From Callorhinchus milii (Eukaryota): a DNA stretch of 64,000 nt. The stretch's first letter is position 1. Every line of letters starts with the position of its first letter. The stretch is from NCBI RefSeq assembly GCF_018977255.1, contig NW_024704743.1:37822001-37886000 (forward strand), read 5' to 3'. Of the stretch, positions 38,665-50,695 are shown one piece after another. Under the pieces are notes generated by a model. That model was given only the letters and a program-made list of their open reading frames with translations, ran no database searches and was not told the DNA's origin. The position numbers and the translations under genes are program-made.

Positions 38665-38822
38665 TGCACAATAACCCTTGCATTTGATATAATGCCTTAC
38701 CACGTCTCAAAGCGCTTCACAGAATATACTGTAAAGTGGATTGACTGAGTATTTTGTGGGCGAAACGTGGCAGCCAATTGCTCACAGCAGCGTTCCACAA
38801 ACAGTGGATTGAGTGACCAAAT
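38665..38822 (-). mobile_element. SINE 3' part
   Basis: ccttgcatttgatat...gattgagtgaccaaatt. Confidence 0.82.
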
Positions 38823-39169
38823 TGCAGTAGGACAGGATTTGATTAATAAACATCTATAGATCATATAGATCACCCATTATCCACTCCACATCCCAACCCC
38901 CTCAGTACAGCTCTCTCTGCTCTGCCTGCAACGGCATTGTAAAAATGCTCCTCAAGAAAGGTTTTTACAAAACTCTTCTCACTAATTTCTCAGCAGATTT
39001 TTGCAGTCACCAGTCACACAATTGCACCTCTGAAAATAAATATGCAGATAACTGTTCTGAAATTTCATTCCAATATACATTACTTAAAATAGCTGAGGTA
39101 AATATTGAAAAATTAATTTAGCCTACACAGATCTAATAAGGTGCCAAAAAGTGCTATGTTGCAGAAGAT

Positions 39170-39480
39170 TAATAACAACCCTTGTATTTGATGTAGTGTC
39201 TTAGCATGTTGTTGAAACATCTGAAAAGGATTTCCTCTAAAGTGGTGTGACTGTATTTTGTGGCAAAACAGCAGTCACTATGAACACAGCAATATCACAC
39301 AAACAGCCATGGAGTGAATGACCAATTTTATTTGGAGGATTGGCGGCCAGGACACTGGGAAAAAGACCCTCCTCTTTACGAATAGTGCCATGGGATCTTT
39401 AAAATCCACCAGGAAAGGCAAACAGGACGTTGGTTTAATGTCTCATCTGAAGGGCAGCATCTCCAACAATGTAGCATTTG
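39170..39480 (-). mobile_element. Older SINE
   Basis: atagtgccatgggatcttt...ggtttaatgtctcatctgaagggcagcatctcc. Confidence 0.7.
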
Positions 39481-39659
39481 ATTAGGAGAATGTTGGCCAG
39501 AATATATGGGATACAAGTCCCGATGTGGGGCAGATGTACAGAGTATATAACACACTATCGTGCAATGGGCAGATCATTAACAGACACCATATGGGCTACT
39601 TTATTTCAATAAGTTGCCAATGTGAAGAAGTGCATTATTGCATTATTCAGGAGCTGGAG

Positions 39660-40430
39660 GCATTTTATCCTAGACTACGCCAACACTCTGCTCCGCCAAC
39701 ACAGACTACCCAACTCTTCCCTTCACAAGCTGCAGACTATGCAGAACTGCAGTTCATGTCCTTTCCACACTAGGCTCAGTGAGCCTATCACTCCCATCCT
39801 TGCCCGGCTCTATCACCCAGCAGATCGAGTTCAAGACCCACATCCTAACATTTAAATCCCTCCATGGTCTTGCCCCATCCTACCTCTGTCACCTCCTCAA
39901 ACCCTACCAACCCGGCCACTCCCTCTGCTTGGTGGGCGCTGGCCTCCTTCGCGTCCCCTGCCTTACCTGCCCCATTCTTGGCAGTCGGGCTTTCAGCCTC
40001 TCTGTTCCCATTCTCTGGATCTCCACCCTGGAGTCCCTATGTCTTGCCACTGCCCTCGTCTCCTTAAAAGTCCCCCTCAAGACCTTCCTCTTTGACCACA
40101 CCTTCAGTCATTTTCCCTTCCCCAGGGCCCCATCCCTCCCAAATCCAACCCCCAGCTCGGGTGCAAATCCTTGATCATATTCAAGACTGAGATAGATAGA
40201 TTTCTTATTGCAAAAGGTATTAAGGGATACGGGGATAAGGCAGTGTCAGGTTATTAGCTGGAGTTAGATTAAAAGATCAGCCATGATTGAATGGCGGGGC
40301 AGGCTCGAAGGGCCGAATGGCCTACTCCTGCTCCTACATGTTATGTTATGTTAAATCCTGGACTGTACAGCGCCTTGGGATCGATCGCCTCCTGAGATGA
40401 AAGACGCTTTAAAAATTTGTTGTTGTTGTT
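39660..40430 (+). mobile_element. L2 3' part containing a nested CR1 3' end
   Basis: LDYANTLL, IEFKTHILTFKSLHGLAPSYL, RAFS..., resumes ggactgtacagcgcc after the insertion. Confidence 0.9.
40172..40352 (+). mobile_element. CR1 3' end inserted in L2, 7-bp TSD aaatcct
   Basis: Near-identical to 32600-32775; aaatcct at 40165-40171 and 40353-40359. Confidence 0.92.
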
Positions 40431-40660
40431 TATTTAATTTCAATTCATCAAAAGGTGGAATCTTTCCCATCTCCTTGAGAAATGAGTCAGAAAGATTAGA
40501 ACTAACCATTAGGTTTAATGTTCACAGTGATAATGGTCACTCCAATTCAGAGCATATCGTGTGATTTGCCCTCCTGACGTGAAAGGAGCTATATCAAAGG
40601 TAAGGATTATTATTATAATAATACGGATTAGTATTATTTAATGGAACAGAACATACTCAC

Positions 40661-40746
40661 AATGCATTCCTGATCTGAAGAGTTTCTTTTTGAGAGGTTA
40701 CAGTCTTGTCTTTTGTAGTCATATTTATGAGCTTGCATTTTATATT
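40661..40746 (-). CDS. NEK11: NEK11 coding exon (post-kinase), 86 nt, phase 0 to 2
   Basis: tgtgtgcag|AATATAAAATGC...AATGCATT|gtgagt translates NIKCKLINMTTKDKTVTSQKETLQIRNA(L), similar to NEK11 NLMCRYSEMTLEDKNLDCQKEAAHIINAM. Confidence 0.92.
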
Positions 40747-42021
40747 CTGCACACATGAAGAAATCCACATTAGACAAAGAAACAGAAGAAATCCACATTA
40801 GACAAGTCATGCATAAATACTTTGAGTGGTTACACAAATTCAACAATATTTGATCATTTGTGGGACATTGCTATACAATCTTTGAGGTGTCTACCTGACA
40901 TGAAAGGCACTAAATCAAACACAAGAATTACTTCATTATTATTATAATAACGTAATCTTTAAAGTTAAGGAAAAAACTATGGAATTTCACATGGATATAT
41001 TTCAGTAAAAAATAAACAACAACTTGCTCTCTTCACATCAGAAAATGTCTCTATAGAACACAGTTGTATTGTGCTGCAATGTGCTGAATTGTAACAAAAA
41101 TATGGAAAAAAAGGACCGCTATTAAAACAGGAGTCCACTGTCCTCACTTGGATGTTACTTATAAAACATCCATCTACCAAAAATAGATACTAACTGACAA
41201 TATATACAGTGCATGCTGCTCTCATCAAGCACTCAGGGAAAGAAAACTCATCACCGCGGTTCAAATCACACAACTTGATTGCACGAGCTGTCCACCTATC
41301 AGTCTGACAGGACACGCACTGTCAGTGGTAGAAAAAAAAGTGTTAAATCTACGTGAACATTATAAAGAATACTACAGGTTTGAATCTGATCCAAAGGTAA
41401 AAATTTCTTCAGGTTGATACTTCCATTGCTTTCAAGTCAAAGCAGTAGGACAAGAGGACATTGCTGTGGGTCCTCCTGACGTGAAAAGCGCTATATCAAA
41501 TGCAAGGATTATTATTATTATTATTTGGGGTTATGAAGGACACGTTTCAGTTAAAGGCCAGGAAGTATTTCTTTATCCAGAGGATAATCCACAGCTGTAA
41601 TGGGTTACCAGGACACAAACTCATTTAAGATGAAGCTTCTTGTTGTAAGGGGAAAAATATGATGGTTGGTATTCTGAATGGATTATATTAATTAATCTAA
41701 TTTCCCTTTTCTTAACTTGATCTCCCCTGTAATAAAGGCAGGTTTAAAATTAACTTTTGCTGAGGCTGAAGACCATGTCTTTTCGCCCATCATTTTGGCC
41801 AGTCCACAATACCGAGCGGTAAATTGTAAACAACAACAGCAACAAGATTACATTTGTATAGTGTCTTTCACGTCGAGAATATATATAGAAAAGGTAGACA
41901 TATTTCCACTGACAGTGTGACCACACCACACCCATCATCTGAAAACTGGAAAGGAGATAAGAATACTCATTATGCTCTTTTAGGGGCTTGGTGACTGCTA
42001 GAACTCCCTGCTGCCACATAC

Positions 42022-42100
42022 CTGCAGCTGCTCATCAATATAAGGTACTTTCAGGATTTCTGCAGCTGAAGGTCTCTGTGAGGGATCCTTCTCCAACATG
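42022..42100 (-). CDS. NEK11: NEK11 coding exon (subdomain XI), 79 nt, phase 2 to 0
   Basis: ttcttatcctcag|CATGTTGGAG...CTGCAG|gtatgt translates MLEKDPSQRPSAAEILKVPYIDEQLQ; separated from the previous exon by a 99-nt intron. Confidence 0.96.
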
Positions 42101-42199
42101 CTGAGGATAAGAAAAAGAAAACCATTGGGAAAACCATGTGCATAAGCCAAGATGTGGACAAGCCTACAGGGCACTGCTTTCAGTTGGAGGCAAACCTAC

Positions 42200-42349
42200 C
42201 TCTGCATGATTGTATTGAGCTTGCTTGACCACCTGCTGGGCAGCAAAGGAGTCTCTTCATCTACTATTTTCAAGATAACCGACATGAAGTTGTGCCCAGT
42301 GAATGCGTGATCCAAGCAGCACATTTCATACAAAATGCACGCCAGAGAC
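42200..42349 (-). CDS. NEK11: NEK11 coding exon (kinase subdomains IX-X), 150 nt, phase 2 to 2
   Basis: tgtatag|GTCTCTGGCG...ATGCAGAG|gtaggt translates (W)SLACILYEMCCLDHAFTGHNFMSVILKIVDEETPLLPSRWSSKLNTIMQ(S). Confidence 0.96.
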
Positions 42350-44782
42350 CTATACAATGGGGAGCAAAAAATAGCAGAGATTTATATAGCGCCCCTCACA
42401 CAGGGTGTGTCCCAGATTTATACAGCACCTTTGACATCAGGAGGATGCCCCTTAGGCTCTCAACAATACTGACTTGGCACCCGAGCTAGGGATAGGGAAG
42501 ATAAAGATGACCGGAAGGACAGTCAAAGAGGTAAATGCGATGAATAGCTTTTCAAACTCCGTTTTAGATTCTTTTGAAAGGAAAATGGACAGAAAGTTGA
42601 TCTTCATGATTCAACTGCCTTTCCCTTAGCTTTGTTTTGTGCACACAAAACTGACAATGACATCAAGGTTCGCTGTCATTTAGCTGCCGTCCTTCCTCAC
42701 TGGGAACGAGAGTGATGGCAGTGTGCTGCAACTGAAGGGAAATGTTATGGCTGGAATACATGAATTTTTCTTAACTCAGAATTGCTTGGAATGACAGCTC
42801 ACGCAGTCAATGAAGCTCGTGTGCAGTAACCAGTCTATCACACACCAGGTGAGGTTCAGCAAATAAGCAGGTTTTATACATGAACTCCACCCTCCTAATA
42901 AGAGGTTTCTGAGGAGCCTAGAAGTTTCCACAATGCAATGCAATCTGGTGCACTTTAAGAGAAAGGCAATGTTGGATAATGTTAAAGTCTCGCAATTTAA
43001 AGTGATGGGGAGATGTGGTACTGCAACAGACCATTCGGCCGAACTAGTTTAGGACAATGTTTATATACTCCACGTGAGCTCCCACTCCTCCCATTCCCCC
43101 CACTTTTACCCCTCTACTTCTGTCTATCCCATGCAGGCATTAAGTTTTCTCTTATAATAAATATAATAATAATAAACCTTGCATTTGATATAGTGCCTTA
43201 TCATGTCTTCAAAGTCCTCACACATACCTTGAATCCTTCTACACCTTAGCACCTCCGTATCTCTCTGATCCACCCCTCTGCTTACCGTCCTCAGCTCTGC
43301 AAACTTGGGCTGGCTGTGCATTCTCCTCCTTCTCTGTACCACCATCAGTGGCCGAACCTTAGGATACTATGCCCCTAACCTCCAGGCTATCCCCATCTCT
43401 CTACCCTTCCATCTTCTCCCGCGTGTGCCTTTAAATCCCACCTCAAAATCTGCCTGTTCGAACCCATCTTTCCCCCTCACCCTCTCCCCTTAGCGTCTGA
43501 CACTGTCCCTGTAAAGCGCTCCAAGACTTCACCCCACATGAAGAGAAAGTTATTGTAGTTGATGGGTTGTAGTAGATAATAGTATAATATAATAATAACA
43601 TAATAATAGTATAAAGGCAAGTTGTTGCAGTAGACTTATATGCAGGTTTTACTGTATTAAATACAAGTTGTTGTTATTTTATTATGATTTAGTCTCAGAG
43701 CAAATTTATCCCTTGAATGTGTCAATAGTTACTAGCCAGTACAGCAGCAGGGAGAGCTCTCGACAGTTTCCTCACTGAAAGGTTTATGATACAAGATGAA
43801 GAACTGACTACTTAATCACTTCATATTAGCACATAAATAAGTCCTGCCAAGACTGCTGAACCAAGCAGCCTCTGCAATGAAGGCATCACAGCTAAACAGA
43901 ACAAAACTTGATCCAATGTACACATTTTTCTCAATGCTATTGCATTATTTTATTGCCATGACTTACTCATGTAAATCATATTTAATTCCTTATCAAATTG
44001 ATTTACTGCTCATTAGTTTAGGTGCTGTATCAAGAATATGCTTTAAAAAACAACCTCATACCACTCTCAGTCACAACAGATTTGATTATGGTCTCCTACT
44101 TTTTGGCACAGCATAGTAGAGGCTACACACACTCAATCAGCCTGGGAAGCCCACATGGAACCAGCACAACAGGAATATAAAATATTCGAGGTTGGAGAAA
44201 GGTTGAAAAATGAAAGCACCTGCTCTGCCAGTTTGACTTATCCAGTTATAATAAAATAATAATAAACTTTGCATTTGATATTGCGCCTTATCAAACATCA
44301 TGACCATCTCAAAGTACTTAAACCAGTGCAGGCTCCAACATGATATCCCCATGCACACATTGGGATTATTACACATGTTCCTTCATGCAGCAAACACATT
44401 CACATAGCGAATTCCTTGCAGACGATACTAGATGAAATCAGCTCTTTTGAATTTTGTTCTGATTTGATTTTTGTCAAGCGACATTACACAACTTGTCAAG
44501 TGTGAATCATTCATTGCATATGGCCCAGGGTACTGACACTCTAATAAACCCGGGATTGCTTTCCCACAACCATTTGGAGCGCTCCTTCAAAACGCAACAA
44601 CAAAGAACCTTGCTCTGACACAGTGAGACTGGGTGGCCTTTGAAATCCTCATTGCATTACCATGATGGTCACTAGCAGCAAACCAAAAATATAATTCAGA
44701 AATGCAGTGAAATTTGGTCCACAAGCTTCAAAGGATACAACACTTATAAAGACGGATATGAAGGAATGATTTAATGTATACA

Positions 44783-45134
44783 GAGTCCTGTAGCTCAGTG
44801 ATTAGAGCACTCGCCCGCAAATGAGAGACTTGGGTTCTATTCACGGCAGGGCAAGATTCCTACTCCACACGCCTCTGTTTACTTAGTTTAAGTAGGAACC
44901 CAGTTGTTAGTCGATTGGCAGATCGCTTTTATGGGGATAATAATCCTTCAAAAAAAAAGAATTTGGTCACTCAATCCGCACTGTTTTTGGGACACTGCTG
45001 TGCACAATTGCCTGCCGCATTTTTCCCACAAATATAGTCAATTCACTTTACGGTATATTCTGTGAAGCGCTTTGTGAGGCTCTAGAAGACGTGAAAAGTG
45101 GTATATCAAATGCAAGGTTTATTATTATTATTAT
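44783..45134 (+). mobile_element. Full-length tRNA-derived SINE
   Basis: gagtcctgtagctcagtgattagagcactcg head through atcaaatgcaagg(tta)n. Confidence 0.9.
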
Positions 45135-46379
45135 GCATTCTTAGGTTTTGCCCCCGGGGTTCCTGGTATCACATAACCCCTTACTGCTATCCTGGGTATT
45201 TCCAATTTGCCACATTCTTTTTAAGGACAGGTAATGATATATAAAGCTGTTCAGCAGACAGTGAAGGGGCTGAAATTCGGAGCTGAAATTTATGTTCCCT
45301 CAATCTTAACATTAATTATTTAATTACCCCTCACTTTGATCTTTGTTATTGTTGTGCAGGCACAGGGCAATTGCTGATCTTATTCCCCAGCATTCCAAGA
45401 GGAAATTTTTCTTACTTGTATTTTTTTAATTACATGCATGAAACTCAAGAGTGGTCACAAGTAATCGGAACTTGAAACAGTGAAGTTTACGAGCAATCAA
45501 TGGATTCAAAATGAGTTTTTACATTCGCATACAGATAAGTAGCAGTTAGACAGAATGCAGCAAAGATTCAAGTTTACCAAACTAAACACATCGGCCAGAA
45601 GGACATAAGCTTCCTAAACTTCAGAATCACCAATGAGAGGACGCTTATCGCATTACCAAGCATAATGCAACCATTTATATGTGAACAACAACACTTTCAC
45701 ATCTATCTCATTTTCTTTAATAAGGCGGTAAATCAAATCCAATGGACATTGTTCTAAATCAATCACAGAAGATTGATCTTCATATGCTTAATGCTATCAT
45801 TTGTCTTTAAGTGTGGACTTCAATCTTCTGGATAGTATGCCATACAGGTGTAACCGGATCCTAAGAATGAAACCCTCAGCTTCACTCATTATATCTTGTA
45901 AAGAGTGAAGCCAGTGCATATATCATAAGCATCACACTAAAGTGTAGAAAGAGTTGCATTTTTACAGCACTGTATTACTTTGCAGTAATTACCACCAGGT
46001 TGGGATGCTTTTGTATCCAAACCCATGCAGCCACTTTTTTTCTCTCAGAGAGAGGTCTCATAAAGAGAATCTACTTTTTTTTCTCTCTAGAAAATTCCTG
46101 ACTAGGAGAAAATCCCTTCTCTTTTCAAATAGTGTCATAGGATCTTTAATGTCCAACCAAGAGCATACAGATATTGATTTAACATTTCATGCAAAAGATA
46201 GCACTTCGAGACAACGCAGCGCTCCTCCAGTGCTGGAGTAGAGTATCAGTCTAGAGTAGACTATCATGTCTGCATGTTGGCAAAAAGAGTGCATTTCAAA
46301 CACTGGATATGAAAACAATAAAACAAAGTAGTTACAATAGGTTAGGGTTGCGTGAGGCATTAAACGGATCCTGTGTAGG

Positions 46380-47543
46380 ATCACTCCATCGATCACGCCA
46401 TCCTCCTCCACCGCCTTTCCTCCGTCATCCACCTCAGTGGGACCACACTCGCCTGGTTTGAGTCCTACCTCACAAACCGCCAGCAGTACAAACTGCTTCT
46501 CCTCCCGCTCTCACCTGGTTACCTGCGGGATACCCCAAGGATCCATCCTTGGTCCCCTCCTTTTTCTGATCTACATGCTCCCTCTTGGGGATGTCATCCG
46601 TAGACATGCGGTACACTTCCACATGTATGCGGACGACACCCAACTCTATTTTTCACCTCACTTTGCAACCCCCAGTCCCCTGATGTCCTGTCAGCCTGCC
46701 TGTCAGACCTCAGGGGCAAATTTCCTTCAGCTGAATGTTGACAAGACGGAAGCCATACTCTTTGGCTCTCATCAATGTCTAAAATCTCACGGTTCTCACC
46801 TCCTCCACCTACCCAACCTCCCCCTAAAATTCTCTGAACCCGTACGCAACCTAGGCGTCAGGTTCAACCCCCAATTATCCTTCTTCCCCCACATCCAGTC
46901 CCTCACCAGCACCACTTTCTTCCACCTCTGATGCATCGCCTGCCAATACCTCTCTTCAAAAGTTGCTGAAACCCTAGTCCATGCCTTTATCACCTCTCAG
47001 CTAGACTATTCAAACGCCCTCCTCGCCGGTCTCCCCTCCACTACCATCCAGAAAATCCAGATTATTCAAAACTGCCGCCAGCATTCTCACCCGCACCAAA
47101 CTCCGCTGCTCGATTACCCCAATCCTTGCCAGACTGCACTGACTGCCTGTCCCAGAGAGGATCCTCACACTTGTTTTCAAATCCCTCCACTCCTCTGCAC
47201 CCCCCTACCTCTCTGATCTCCTCTCTCCTCAAAACAGTGCCGGTTGCCTTTGTTCCTCCGGGTCTGGCCTCCTCCTCGTCCCCCGAGTCCTCCGCTCCAC
47301 CCTCGGCGGCCGTGCCTTCAGCCACTATGCCCCGAGGCTCTGGAACTCCCTTCCTCACTCCCTTCGCCTCGTTCCCTCTCTTCCTATTTTCAGGCCTCTG
47401 CTGAAGACCTTTCTTTTCGACCGCACCTTTGATCACCTTCCTCCCCCTCCCCCTGGCTCGGCCCCGGGACCCATTACTGTGAAGCGCTCTGAGATGCCAT
47501 CCGGCGTGGAGGGCGCTATATAAATCCAAGTTGTTGTTGTTGT
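46380..47543 (+). mobile_element. L2 LINE, 5'-truncated, decayed
   Basis: [31 protein letters not shown]; tail ggcgctatataaatccaag(ttg)n. Confidence 0.93.
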
Positions 47544-47629
47544 AGGAGCTGACCTCTTCACTTCATAGCAACAGAATATCAATGGCCTCTCAATGTATGC
47601 AAACTCTTACATTTAACTGATCAATTACA

Positions 47630-50600
47630 CAAATAGAGGTACTCTACAGACCACCTAACAGTGGAAGGGAGGTAGAAGAAGAAATATTCAAGCAAATTAG
47701 GGAAATGAGTAAAAGACAAAGAGTAATAATCATGGGGGATTTCAACTACCCCCAAATAAATTGGCCAGAAGAGGTAGGTAAAGGGGATAAGGAAATGGAA
47801 TTCCTTCAATGTGTACATGACTCCTTTCTTACCCAGTATGTAAGAGGCCCAACAAGGGAGGAATCCCTACTGGATTTAGTAATGGGAAATGAACCAGAGC
47901 AGATAAGAGAAGTATGAGTGGGGGAATATCTAGGCAATAGCGATCATAACTTAATAAGGTTTAAGATAAAGATTGAGAAGGACATGAGTATGACAAAGAC
48001 CAGGGTAATAGATTGGAAAAAAAAGCTGATTTTGAGGGGATGAAAATGGAACTTGGGAAAATAAACTGGAAAACATTATTGGCAAACAAACGGAGCAGCA
48101 GTGGGAAACATTTAAAACAGTGATCAATAGAGTCCAGGAGAAATATATTTAGCTAAAAAGTAAGACAAAGCTAAACAATAATGAGACACCAAGGATGAAT
48201 AAAGACATAAGAGCACAGTTGAGACTCAGGAAAGAGGCGGTTCACTAAGTACGTAAACAAAAAAGGAGAGCATGACAAAAAAGAAAACAAAGAGGTCAGG
48301 AAAATAGTCAAAAAAAACAATTAGGAAGGCAAAGAGGAATTATGAAATTAAATTATCAAGGAATATAAAAATAGTAAAATACTCTGCAGATATAAATAAT
48401 AAAAAAAATCAAAATAGGAATAGGGCCACTGAGGATTGGACAAGATAAACTCACAGGCCGCGACAGCGAAATGGCAGAAATATTAACCAATTACTTTGCC
48501 TCAGTGTTCACCAGGGAGATGGATTAGGTGGACATGACAGTAGAAGAAGAGATCGCAAATAATATAAATACATTTAACATACAAAGGGGAGATATAATCG
48601 AAAAACTAACAAAACTCAGAGACGATAAAACCCCTGGTCCAGATGGATTGCATCCCTGTATATTAAAAGAATCGAGGGAAGAGATAGCAGAGGCACAATT
48701 ACACATATATAATAACTCATTAGAAAAGCGAGTAGTGCCAGAGGACTGGAGGATAGCTGATGTTATGCCTATATTTAAAAAGGGAGATAGAACAAACCCA
48801 GGGAACTATAGACCTGTCAGTTTAACATCGGTGGTAGGAAAGATAATGGAATCCTTACTGAAAGGTAATAGAGAAACATCTAGAAACCAAAAATATAATA
48901 AAGAATAGACAGCATGGATTTCAAAAAAAAAAGGTCATGCTTGGCCAACTTCATTGAATTCTTTGCAGCGATAACAGAAAGAGTAGACAAGAGTAGTAGA
49001 ATACAGACATACAAATAACAAAAGATACATCAAAATAGGAATAGGGCCACTAAGGGATGGACAAGATAAACTCACAGGCTGTGACAGTGAAATGGCAGAA
49101 ATATTAACGAATTACTTTGCCTCAGTATTCACCAGGGAGATAGATTAGGTGGACATGACAGTAGAAGAGATCGAAAATAATATAAATACATTTAAGATAC
49201 AAAGGGGAGATATAATCGAAAAACCATGTCGCCCGCCCGACCCGCCCTACCATCGGTGGCCGGGCTTTCAGCCTCTCTGCCCCCAAACTCTGGAACTCCA
49301 TTTTACGGTCCCTTCGCTTCGCTTCCTCCCTTGCATCCTTCAAGGCCGGTCTCAAGACCCTTCTCTTCGACCGTGCCTTTGGTCTCCCTCCCACCTCTCT
49401 GCCTTCCCTCAGCCCTACACCACCCCTATGCTTGGGCCCCAACACCTGACTGTTCAGCGCTTTAGGACGTCCTCCCGACATGAAAGGCGCTCTATAAATG
49501 TAATTTTGTTGTTGTTGTTGTAATACAGTAGATCTAATATATTTAGATTTCCAAAAGGCGTTTGATAAGGTATCACATAGTAGACTAATGAATAAGGTCA
49601 GAGCATGTGGAGTCAGGGGAAAAATAGCAGAATGGACAGCAAGCTGGCTGCAAAACAGAAAACAGAGAGTAGGGGTAAAGGGTAGCTACTCAGCCTGGCA
49701 GGGGTTGGGTAGTGGTGTTCAACATGGATCGGTATTGGGACAACTATTGTTCACAATATACATGAATGATTTTGGATTCGGGAATCAGCAATACAATTTA
49801 AAAATTTGCGGACGACACCAAGTTGGGGGGAGTAGCTAATACAGAGGAGAACTGCAACAAATTACAGCAATTTAATACCTTAATAAACTTGCTGAGTGGG
49901 CAGTTAAATGGCAAATGCATTTCAATGTAGAAACGTGTGAGGTGGTACATTTTGGTAAAAGGAATAAGGAAGTCACATACATCCTGGAAAATAAAAACCT
50001 AAATGGGGTAGAGGACCAAAGGGATCTAGGGGTACACACACACAATTCACTAAAAGCAACAACGCAGGTTCATAAGGCCATTAAAAAAGCAAACCAGGCA
50101 TTGAGGTTCATGTCTAGAGGGATAGAAATGAAAAGCAGGGAAGTTATGGTAAACTTCTATCGAACCTTGGTTAGATCACACTTAGAATACTGTGTGCAGT
50201 TCTTGTCCCCACATTATAGAAGGGATGTAGAGGCACTGGAGAGATTCACAAGGATGAAAGGTTATACCTATCACGAAAGGCTGAAGATACTTGGACTCTT
50301 TTCTTTTGAAAAGAGGAGGGTAAGGGGTGACCTGATAGAGGTCTTTAAAATGATGAAAGGTTTTGATAGGGTAGACATAGGGAAGATGTTTCCACCTGTG
50401 GGGGAGACCAAAACCAGGGGCCATCAATATAAAATAGTCACCAATAAGGAAATCAAATAGGGAAGTTAGAAGAAATTTCTTCACACAGCGAGTAGTGGGA
50501 ATGTGGAACATGTTACCAGAAGTTGTGGTTGAGGCAAATAGCATAGATGTATTTAAGGGAAAGCTAGATAGGTACATGAGGGAGAAAGGAATAGAAGGTT

Positions 50601-50695
50601 ATGCTTGAAGGCTTAGTTGAAGAAGGGCAGGAGGAAGCTCATGTGGAGCATTAACACCGGCATAGACCGAATGGCCTTTTCTGTGTATTCTAATA
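47630..50695 (+). mobile_element. CR1 LINE ORF2 (EN to RT to 3' UTR), decayed, interrupted at about 48995-49520
   Basis: YRPPN, IMGDFNYPQINW, KTPGPDG, NYRPVSLTS, YLDFQKAFDKV, FNVETCEVVHFG; 3' accgaatggcctttt. Confidence 0.93.
49226..49520 (+). mobile_element. L2 3' end nested in CR1
   Basis: ccatcggtggccgggctttcagcc...tgaaaggcgctctataaatgtaat(ttg)n. Confidence 0.9.

Noticed and set aside
45859..45911. Small hairpin gcttcactc...gagtgaagc
   Set aside because: A 9-bp stem is expected by chance in 64 kb.
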